The notes below the pieces were generated by a model, which was not told where the DNA came from, searched no databases, and was given only the letters and a program-made list of their open reading frames with translations. Shown here piece after piece: positions 52,709-64,000 of a DNA stretch of 64,000 bases (position 1 is its first letter; the number at the start of each line of letters is the position of its first letter). The DNA is from Lingula anatina. Taxonomy: Eukaryota > Animalia > Brachiopoda. A program made the translations under genes and the position numbers. Where the stretch lies: NCBI GenBank assembly GCA_051362555.1, contig CM120648.1:8862587-8926586 (forward strand), read 5' to 3'.

Positions 52709-55700
52709 ACTTTTGGCTGAGCCGCTCTTCTATGAATACCAAAGCTTGTTGTCTTACGACTTGTGGATCAGGTCAAGATAGTCTGATGATGATTTCCTTC
52801 GATAAAATCTTTTTTCAAAAGCTATTTTTTAATCGCTTCGCTCAGCTGACCATACTGATATCTTAACAATAGTTACAATTGGCTGACAGGAATATTACAG
52901 CCTGATAGAGTGCTAACCATCTGATTGGACTGAAGTTCAATTCCCTGAAAATCAATGAGCATGAAAAACAATTTCATATTCAGTCCAGTCCTCCTTACAT
53001 CTGCAATGATCCTATTTCTACCACATTCTTCATGAGTATCTAAGCTCTCTTTTTTTTTCAGCATGAGAAATGACACGAAGATTCATCATTCTGCCCTCAT
53101 CGTAGGTATGAATGTCAGTAATTTTACCTAATAATACCGAAACCTAACTGATACTTCTCCTGAGACCTGGACAAAAAGATACTACCGCGGCATACAGAGG
53201 GTTTAGATGTCAGTAATTACCTTTACTCTGAAGAACTTTTGGGAATATCATAAATCTTTTTTTTTTTCCTCACGAAATTGTAGACATAATCATTAATCCA
53301 TTTCCTCAGCTTCTTCTGAGAAATAGAAAGAATAACAACGATGATGACGAATCATCGACCTCAAGACTAAAATTACGCCCCCCCGTGCTCAGTTGGAAAA
53401 ACTCTCTGCTCAAAACTAGAAAAGCAATCAGTGTCGAAATTAATCTAATAAAAAAATTCATTCTGCATTGCTTTAAGTAATGATGGCCTTAAAGTAATGT
53501 CCCCTTAAATAACCCACCATCAGTTTCAGTTCCAGGGGTTGATTTCTCATCCAATATTCAATTTGGATAGATTTTCCTCCAACAAGAGATGAAAGATTTT
53601 TCCACACTACATGCCTAGCATGTCTTTTCACTTTAAATTTCCAGTTATTGGCTCTTTGTTCTTTGAACAAGTGATACATTCTCCCTAAGTCAGTTTTTAA
53701 TCCTCAATCTGAGAGCTAATTCTACCACACCAAGCAGGTCTTATTTTCTTTTTTTTTTCTTCTTCTTTTTTTTTTTCCTAAACTGCCCAGGTATCTGAAC
53801 TGTCCAGGTATCACTTGAATTCTTCTGGCAAGGAAAATATTGTTTTCCTGATAGAGGTCAAAATCTTCATCCACAATTAGAGCAGGAATTCTTCCATGTG
53901 ATTTAAGTGAATAAGACTTCTTTCTATACAGGGACATGTCTTTTAACCCAAGCCCATAGGCAGGGCGGGGGAGGGGGGGGTGCATGGTTAGTAAAAAATC
54001 CCTTGTGGCATGAAAATGATTGATTTTGAGTCCAAATTTGATCTAAGCCATTCCCCAACTTGGGTTAACTAAGAGGGTAAGAAGGTACACTTTTTCAGAA
54101 AAAAGAACCCACGCCCTTTAAAATTGCTGGCTCCAGGATAAACCTTTTCATCTGACCAAGTAGCATTTGAAATATGATGAAATATGTATGATGGTGGTGG
54201 GGTCACATGGCCAGACCTGTACATCTCTCTTCCTCTCTCACTTGAGAAGCACTGATTAAAAACAACAAGATGATCCCTTTTATCATCTCCATCCATCCCT
54301 TTAAATTGTCCAGACATTTGTCACAAATCCTCACAGCAATTTTCCAATCAAACCTGTCCATGGGTGAGAAGATCAACCACTAATTCAATGATTATTTTCA
54401 AAATGAACGGTCTTAAATTATCCAGGCCATGCTCTCTGACAGGCCATACAACAGGCAATTCAATAAGAACGAATGATGAGTCTGCCCTTGGTCAGCCATC
54501 ACTGTCTTGTCAGGCCTTTTAATCACTTAAAGTGAGGGGTCACTCAGTGTCCAGAGGCCATACAAAAGGACTGACCACTTACACTGCACACCTGACCTGT
54601 GCACAGGTGTGGTATGTTTTCTGGCAGATGCCCAGAAGATGTCAGATTTGCAATTTGTCCAATATAAAACATATTCACTCATGAATACTAGTGTTTTGAT
54701 GGAGAGAGTGGTAGAAGACTGAAAATCTGAATTTGGCAATTTTCCAAACTATACACAATAAAAACTCCTTAAGTTGGAGACAGTGAATCAAATTTTGTAA
54801 TTTTTTTTTTATGAAATAAAGTAATTTGAAATGACTACACCATGTTCCAATGAATTCAGTCTACACATGCCATATCTGAGAAAACAAAAACTGCAACAGA
54901 TCATTAACGATGTTCACATACCATTTTCACATACAGTTGTCACTGTAGAAAAAAATATTGAAATTAAAGTTGCTTAAAGTCACAGCCAACAAGGCACCTT
55001 ATCATAACAGTTTCCAAAATTAAGCCCTCACCATTTTTTTCTCCATTTATGCACATTTCAGTGCACGATACATGTCAAATAAAGCACTTATACCTCCAAT
55101 TGCCCAATCCCCACCATTTTTTCCACTTCCCCCCCCCCCCCCAACCATCCCCCCTTTCCCCACCAATGAAAAAAAAAGATGAAAAAGTTCAACGCTTTGG
55201 AGTAAACCTTCTCACTAAAATTCATCTTACAAAAAAAAAAAAGACTGTGACAAGAGTTCTGAAATGTGCATTATCTATCACAGTTTTCTCATAACTTATG
55301 CAGTAAGCAAGCCTCCGAACTGTGAACTGGCGCTAGGCTGTCTTAATGTTTTAGTAGCTAAAAGGCAATCATCCCGCGGGGATTCAAACAGACAAAGCAT
55401 ACACACACCATGACATTTGTACAAGCAATACATTATATGCTGATACTTCTGCTGGAAACTTGTTAAATAAGTGCGAACTGTTTGCTAGAAGATGTCCAAT
55501 ATCCTAGAAGTTCTCCATGCAAAATTCCTGTCATTAACCACATAAACAATCATTTATAAAATTCCCAGAAATATCTCCAGATAAAATATGGTTTCTTTTT
55601 CCTTTTCTGGACTTTCTTTTGCAAGCCTGGGTTTATATAAATGGATCGTCCTGAATACAAGTCATCTGTATTAGATTCATTTCAGAAAAACAATTTTCAG

Positions 55701-58093
55701 GAAAAAATTGCTGACAGATGATTGCGTTGTAATGAAATTATGCTTTTTTTCTTGTGTTATATTTCTCCTATTTGATGCTCCCCTCTGGGAATAAGTCTTG
55801 GACTAATGGCAAACATCAATATTTCAAGAAACTAAAATTGTCTCAGGATCAGAGATAGTTGTTGGGTTTCTTATAATGTCTTCTGCTGATTTATTTTATT
55901 ACGACTTTTCCCCTTAAGTTTTTAAACTAAAAAGCTTCATTTCTTTTTATCTATTTTTACCGAAGATTCTGTATTATAAGTACAGTTTCCTTATTATGTA
56001 TAAAATGTTGCAAAAGCTGTAGCCCAATAAACCAGCCAGTAAGCCACACATTCCAGCATGAGGAAGAATTTCTAATCCTATGCATTACAGGCCAATATAG
56101 GCAGGTGACTGGGGGTGGGGTGGGGGGGGGGGGGGGGGGAGGGGTAAAAAAAAAACACCCTTTTGGCAAGAAAAGATCTGCTCTGAATCAAACTATGATC
56201 TGGATTCTATGCCATTTTCTAAAGTTGGGTCATGTAGGGAGATAATTTTGAAATATCACTCCTTTCTGAAAAAGACCTCCCTCCCCCTTTTTAAAGAGTA
56301 CTTATACCTGTTCTTTTAGGTATCAGTGCCCATGTTATTACGTGTTTATCATTAATTGTTATGTTTAACAGCAGCAAACCCCTTAAAACGAACTTTGTGC
56401 ACATTTTTCTAAAACTTTGAGCATGCATCTTCAAGAAGACAGTAAAGACCACCTCAAACTACGATCTCTAAAACTAAAGGATTACGTCTGCAACAGCTTG
56501 CACAGTTTACATCACATTATTGTGCATTACAATAGACATGTGAAAAATCATCAGTTCATATGCAATGACAGACTTCCAATAACACTCCTGAATCTGCCCA
56601 ATATAAGGCTGCATTCAGCATCATACTTACTGAAAATGTTTTCAAACATATAATAGTGTTCCAGGAAGTTACGACAACAGCATGATTGCAATATTTGTGC
56701 AATATTTGCCATGCTAAAAAAAACCAACATCAACCTGACATGCTTGACTGATTTCTCTTGTAAGTGACCTGTTCTTTGAATAATAAACATACTAACCAGC
56801 CTCTATCACTTTAACTCTCCATTTACATGTCAACCTGAGACACAGATAATAGTTAGATGATAAATTAAATGGCCCAAAACTTCTAAGATGAATCGAAAAG
56901 AAAAAATATTTTCTATTATCATCTATCTATGATCTACATTCAGCATTGCTAACATTCCTAAATATAAAAGTTTGTCCAAATGACCTCATGCCTCATTTTG
57001 AAAAAAAAAAACAGCTAGTAAATTCCTTGTGAATTTCTCTGCCTTGTTGATTATGCCATTTTGTGTCCAGGTAAATCTTGCCCAAAGTCTCCAGATTTTA
57101 CTCCCAGTATCTTCTCTAAGCTTTAGTATTCAAAATAAACCTGAGAGTGTGAAGACTGACAGAAAAGTGCTCTGTCGATCCACCTTCCCCGTGTAACAAC
57201 ATATTTACAGAATACCACCTCTCTTTGATGTAAAGTATATCTATCTTAGTTCGTCACTTGGCTGATGTCAACCTTTTCAGTTACAGATCACAATGAAGCC
57301 ATAAATTATATTCCAAAAGGAGAAGTCCTTCCTCCATACCATGCAGCGCCAAACTTGGGATACACTGTATACAATCTTCGACTTGTATGTATCATTATTA
57401 TCATGTTTCAAGCTAACGTGGTGATTTATATGATCCCCAAATACCTCCAAATCCCCAGTGAATACAGGGCAGACAAATGGACGTAATAATTTTGTCATGC
57501 ACTCATGCGAGGCATCTCATTTGGGGGAAAACAGATATTCAATATTTTCGTTCTTACAAATATTTGGGAGATCCTAGTGTTTTTGTTATTGGCACGTTGC
57601 CAATTGGAGTGGTTCACAATGAAAAATGGATATACTATGGTGTTTAATTTTCTGAAAGTACTTTCTATTATGTGACTATGTTATTGATACCTGCTTCATC
57701 ACGATAATTATTGTAATTATGTTGTCAAACATGTTTTCACCTAGGATTTGGAGGATAAAACACCCCATGACCCTCATTTCTCATAATGTAATCAAAAGTC
57801 GTTTTTCAGTCATTTTGGGTCTTACCCCCACCCCAGCCTGTTGTTACGGATATCTGCTATATCATGAAAATTTTCCTAATTATCTTGTCTCGTGAGTCTC
57901 TACTCACTTACATGATCCCAACCTGGCACACATTTCCCATGAGGTCATAAACAGTCAGGCTAGCTCCACCTAATTTAGCACCCCCCTCTCTCTCCCCAAC
58001 CCAACCCACCCCTACCCACCCCTTCATCACATTTCAGCAAGCAATCTGGTTATCTTAAGCTTATTACCAGGAGAACAAAATCTTGCTGCCATA

Positions 58094-58340
58094 GACTGGG
58101 TTCCCATACATAGATCGGTCCATCTGGATCGATCCAACTCCCTGGGGTGTCTCACGAAATTGTTATCAACTAACCGGCTTAAATGTCTGTCACACCTTCA
58201 AAATCAGCTAGGGGGTAAAGATAACCACCCCTTAACAGCTTTACTAGGCGTGACAGACATTGAAGCCAGCCAAGTTGACAACAATTTAGTGAGACTCCCC
58301 AAGGATTTGGATCGATCCAAATATCTGTAGGAAGGGTCCC
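58094..58340. mobile_element. Family B MITE
   Basis: ATA flanks; the left end GACTGGGTTCCCAT is the reverse complement of the right end of the 31574 copy; palindromic arms. Confidence 0.8.
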
Positions 58341-60595
58341 ATAGTTTCATTTCTCTTTGCAAATGAAAAAAGACAGGTGCTAGAAACAATGCTAGGGACA
58401 ACCCTCTGCTTTGGGCTGCCCCAAGTTACACCAATCCTTCTTCACTAGAAACAGGCCTGGGTTGCCAACATTGTGCATCTCAACACATAGATCTTCTGTT
58501 AATCACATAATTAACAATAAATGAACACCAAAAGAAACTAAGGGAATCAATTACCAGAATTACCTAAATTTGTATTAATACAAAAGAGCTGGTATGGTAA
58601 TTACTGTATAAATTTGGACAAAAATTAATTAACAATTTTTCCAATAAAATGTTAGTTATATTCTAAAATGCAAATTCAAATGCATTAAAAAGTAAGTTGA
58701 CACTTACTGTGATTAATAAAAATTTATTTATAAGTCAAATAAAAGTTGTTTTAAAAGACATGAGACATTTGACACTTTTAAGTAATTACCTAACTTTTTT
58801 GTTTATACTGACATAACCAAAGTAAGGCTAAGTTACCTAGTCCTAATTGGTAACTAACTCTACCTAATTCTTAACTCTGTTCCATACCTTTTTTGTGTCA
58901 AAATAAATAAGTCACTATTCCCTGTACACTTGTTCACATGCAAATTAAACATCTGTATTTAAAGGACCTACAGGCAATATTGTGAGCCAGCTTTGTTTTT
59001 TATCACTGTTTTTAAAAAGATTAAAACCTACATTGAACCCCTCCATATAACTGAAGGCTGATTATATGGTCTCATAACTGATCTTTGTCTTCCATGTAAA
59101 CCAATTTACAAACTTTAATGCATATGAAGGGAGAATGAATGAATGAATGAAAAGATAAACTTTAAGAATAGACATATAAATAAATGAATGAATGAATGAA
59201 TGAATGAAAAGATAAACTTTAAGAATAGACAAATTAAAAATAAATAAATGATTAAAAAACTCTCTCAAAACTCTCTTAAAATTCTAACTGGTTAAATCTC
59301 CACCATCTCAATGTCAATTGGGATCACCCATTGCTTCAAAATTTGCAATCCACTTCAAATATTGATTCCTTTGTCACCTAATTGTCGCAGCCTCCATTTG
59401 ACAAGCCAGAGAAGTACATCTCCATCACCTGCCAAGCCAAACATCCATTATAATAATTCCATGTGTGAGGGAGAACATGAAAACTCCATCACCAGGATCT
59501 TTCACCAGCATTGAGATGAGCCAGGTCATCCTTCATCATGAGATGTCCTCCGTAAAACACAACAACCAAAAATACGTTCAAAGGTGCCTGGAAACAGCTT
59601 GGAAACTTCTCAGCTCAATCACTGTTCTTCAAAACTATAGATCTATAAATTGTCCATCACATTTTTAGAAACAAGCTATAACACCTGAAAATAAGGGCAA
59701 TCGCAATCCAAACATGTTTAGAACATGTGAAAATGTGCCTTAAACTGGCAGCATGAAGACTTTCATCCATACTTGTACTTGTATTCAGATATTGTGCCTC
59801 CAGTATGGAAAAACACCATGCCTAAGGAGTGTCTAGTGTGTGTAACTCGAAAAATCAAAGGAACATTCGCTCAGTAATCACGTTAAGACAGGTTAAAAGC
59901 TTTAGCTCATAGCTATGGAAAGGACCCTCCTTGCGCTGTTGTGTTTGCTTAGCATGGTTGGGCTACAAAGGGTATCTATCACATATAGATGATGAGAGAC
60001 TTAAGAAGCGCGGACATCCATCATCTGTACCTCGATAGTTATGAAACAAGATCAAGACAATACAGATTTGGCGTGTCGGAGACCATAAATTCCTACAAAA
60101 TTTTATTTCAAGGTAATTAATAGGCCAAATGAAAGGGGGCTTTTTCCATAGTATGCTTTATGATCACTAAGATTTTCAACCAAAAAAGCTCATTTCCAAT
60201 GTCAAAATAATATCTTAAATGACAATACTTTCCACTCTCAATTTTCCCATAAAAGGCATCTTTTTAAGCCTTCTATCAATATAACAAAGAGCACTTCACC
60301 TTTGCAAAAAAGTTCTTACGTACAAATATAAATAGCTACCCTCCCCATCTGTAGCCCTACAACTTAACATAGTTAATTGAGCCAGATTTCCGATACTTTT
60401 TCTTCTACGGAGTGAGGAGAATGATTTCAGCAGAGCATGCTCGTACAGTTTGTCATGTGCTGGACCCATTATTCTGATCACATTACATATAATAGATATG
60501 TCCCTCCTTGCTTGACATGAGTGCGACGACACAGACATGCTGGCAATGTATGGGTGTGTCACAGTGAAGGTGGTCTACAGCAGAAAACATGAAAA

Positions 60596-60638
<43 letters not shown>

Positions 60639-61295
60639 ATATATGTGCAGATGGATAAAAAACCTCTTATCAAGGAATAAAAAGTCAAAGTTCAGTTGAA
60701 CAAAGACAGGGAGTTAACAAATTGCTGCTGATCAGCTAACACTAGAACTAAAGCAGAGAAAAATGAGTGATTTGAAGTTTCATAAAACCAAGACAGAAAC
60801 TCATTACTCAGGATATATTTTCAGTTTTGTAACAACAAAACAAGCTGACTGCATTCCCAAATTACATATGACAGGTAGAGTATGGGTCCAAATGGGTGAG
60901 GCAACAAGATCGCGACAAGAATTTCCATTTTTCTCTTTGAGGTGTCAGGATCTTTTCCATGGTGGTTTAAATTCAAAGGAGAAAGTAAGCAAAAATTAGA
61001 TGTCATTTTGAAAACGCACCATTGATTGAGACACTCAGGTCTAGCACCCAAAATAATGACTCAAATTATTAGTGGGCAATTACTGAAGTCAAATACATGG
61101 AAGCAGACTTCATGTCTATTAAAATTTGTTGTGTAAATGTCACAGTCTGTGTGTTGTGTGTTCATCTCTTATTAGGCAGATGATGGCTCATTTACAACTG
61201 GTTAAATGGTACAAGTGGCAGGTAAGTGGTTGTAAAGCATGCTCTTATGTCAGCTTATGAATAAAGCGGTTTATGATGAATAACAGATGGGTGGA

Positions 61296-61332
<37 letters not shown>

Positions 61333-63884
61333 GAACAGAAGGGCAATATCTGACAAAAGCCCCACACCATCTATCAAATTTTTTCCCCTTCCCATAACTA
61401 TGATCCAGTTTGAAGTGATCCCTTGCTGTTTGTCTGCTTTCATCACTTTTTTCCTATTCAACCCACAGAATTTCTTCTGTGGATATATATCTGTCTATGA
61501 TATCGATATCAAATTGAAGGGTCTCATGATCTCATCGCGAGATACGATTCATTATAAATCACTCTCCTCAATACAGTAACAGATAAGAGACGGGTTAAAC
61601 TTGTGGAAGAGAGATAGCGTCTTAATAACAGATACATCAGATGTCAGGCAAACTAATATTTTAAGTGTTTTTTTCTTGTTGCTGTGGGGAAAGTGAATAT
61701 GATTTAACTTTGTACAAAAAAAAAATACATGCATTGCTTGGAGCTATGGAATTTCGTGTTTGAAGTCGACATTAATGTCAATTTTGACTAAACATTCTGT
61801 TTTACCTGCCGTCATAGAACTAAGTTACTGAATGGGAAAAAAACATGAAAAAATACCTGAGGTAATTCCACACATCTTACCCTATTATTTCGCATAAATA
61901 TTTGCATATGTTTTAGACATCAAAGAGTTTTGGTAAAAAAATATATATCGCTTTTTCCAAATGGAGGAATAGCATTTGGTCTAAACAGCCAAAAATCAAG
62001 AAAATTTCTTCAATTTAAAAGATTGTAACTTATAACTCTACACTGAAAAAAATTATATAACTAAAATTTCCTTAAACAATCCCACTGATATGGTACAAGT
62101 TTTGTATTGCAATTCAGCTTTGTCACACCAGAAAGGAATTTTCTTTAAGTAAACCAAACAACTACAAAACAAACATGAAAAAAAAATGATATTGGAACAG
62201 GAGAGAACGTGATATTTAAAGATTGATAGATTTCTGGCTGAAAAAGGACCACTCGGAATCAAAAATTGATCTAGGTTTTGCACCATGATTCCAATTGGAT
62301 CAAATAGGAGGTAAAAAATGCTCACTTTTTCAGAAAAAGTCCCTCCCCCTAATGAGAGAGAGAGAGAGTGAATGGTCAGATTATGGAGGGGTTTAGAAAT
62401 AAAAAAAAAATGAACTATTCACAAGAAAGTGGATCAGAGAAGAAGAAGATGAATTCCAAGGGGTAATTCTTAAAGCACATATCACCCTCATATCACATTC
62501 CAATCATAATGATGAATAGGATCATTCCTCTTGTGATCCGAGATAGAGTAAGGAGGATATTGCCTTCAGAGATGACATTTAAACACAAATTGACCCGTGA
62601 GAAAAGCGTGATAAGAATCTGTCACTGTCTGCAGGGTATATGACTTTCAAGTGTGAACTGGGTGCTAATATCAATTTTCTTCAACATGTGCCTGGAACAA
62701 AACAGAAGATGAATGAGTTTTTTTTTTTTTTTTTTTTTTTTTTTAATGCTACCTTGTTGGAGGTGATAGGTTGTCCAAGAATTATGCCAAAAACCAGTCC
62801 ATACAAGTACTAAAGACAAATGGGTCTATCAAATAATAATTTTTAGACAAAGTTTTGAACCATAAAAGTGGCAAATTTTACTTTGAAAAACTAATTAATG
62901 TATACTTTTCTGAGTAAAATTAGTAAGAATTAGAACATCTTTAGCAACTGTGCTAAAATTATCTACGAGAGACCAAACAGAAACACACAAGCAATGGTTA
63001 GTGGTAAGTACTAACATTTACAGTCTGCTACGACACCGATCATTACACATTTAACTTTTATGTATTTTAACTGTAGCCCCCTTTCTGGCACACCACTATC
63101 CTAGTCAATTTAACCTATTTTTACACTTTGGTTCAAAATTAAAAAAAAAAAAAAAAAAAAAAAAACATGACATTTTTTCAGCACACAATTTCTGACCTTA
63201 ACCTTCCTAATAAGCCTAAAAAAATGAAAAAATAAAAAAAAAGAAAAAACTAAAAGAAAAATATATATAGTTTATCTATGGAGTTTAATGTTGGACTAGC
63301 ACACAATTTCTGAACTTCACCTTTGAATTCCCAAGCTTATAAAATATAAAAGCCAGGAATAAAAAACCTAAAGAGACAAAATGCATTTTTTTCCTACAGA
63401 GTAAATGTTGAATCACTTATTTTCCATATCAAGTAAGCAAAAAAAAAAAAAAAAAAAAAAAGAAAAGAAAATTACAATAATGTTCACTATAAACATAATA
63501 CATCATTTCTATCCATTACTTCGGTCTCCAGGGCATTTTTACTACATACAACACGGCACAATTATCTTTCCCTTAATTTCTTTACACAAATTACAATCCC
63601 CTGATGAATCAACTACCATGTTTCGGCATGCAAGTGTGACAAGCAACGAAACAAATAATTACACGCCCTATTGACTGGTAGGACACAAAATGACTTAGCG
63701 TGCAAGTCTTTTGTGGTTCAAGGAGGTATTTTGGAAATAAAATAAAAATGCAGTGCATATTGTGTCCTATGTAAAATATTAGAAATAATATTTCAAAAGC
63801 ATATATTTTGTACAGGTCGCACTTATGAGGATGGTTATAACTTATATCATATGGGTAGTTAACATCTGACACTCCATAATAATA

Positions 63885-64000
63885 CAGGGGCGGATTGAAG
63901 CCGTCTTCTGGGTCTTCTGGAAGACGGTCATATTTTCAAGTTTAAATTGACGGGTATCTAATTTTTTCTGTCGGAAGACGGTCAAAAATGGATGGATCAA
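63885..64000. mobile_element. Family C MITE, cut by the window edge
   Basis: CAGGGGCGGATTGAAGCCGTCTTCTGGGTCTTCTGGAAGACGGTCA... is the reverse complement of the 13165 copy. Confidence 0.8.

Noticed and set aside
59295-59630. Possible LINE relic (LNVNWD..NIDSFVT; KYVQRCLETAWK)
   Set aside because: Only a vague resemblance to an endonuclease-RT linker with no diagnostic motif; needs BLASTx.
48000-64000. Search for agrin NtA-domain exons
   Set aside because: No exon with an NtA-like translation was found by eye; they are presumably outside the window or absent.

Overview
AT-rich, intron- and repeat-rich animal (invertebrate-like) genomic DNA; no prokaryotic operon, rRNA, tRNA or CRISPR is visible. 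The window lies inside one large minus-strand gene that reads as agrin. I assembled seven GT-AG exons in frame: a 36-nt Pro-rich linker microexon followed by five follistatin/Kazal (FS) modules, the fifth split across two exons. The gene continues past the left edge, and any NtA-domain exons would lie past the right edge. The main result is that the gene appears to carry three internal alternative N-termini: (1) a type II transmembrane first exon at 47697-47880, positionally like vertebrate TM/SN-agrin; (2) a signal peptide encoded in frame through the FS2 splice acceptor; (3) a second signal peptide encoded the same way through the FS5 acceptor. The introns also contain an intronless same-strand coiled-coil + NHL (TRIM-NHL-like, RING/B-box-less) gene, a TTAA-flanked Kolobok-type element with an intact THAP ORF, several palindromic PIF/Harbinger-like MITEs, hAT-like MITEs, a minisatellite built from a MITE end, LINE/SINE relics and microsatellites. 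All calls are by eye; no database searches were run.
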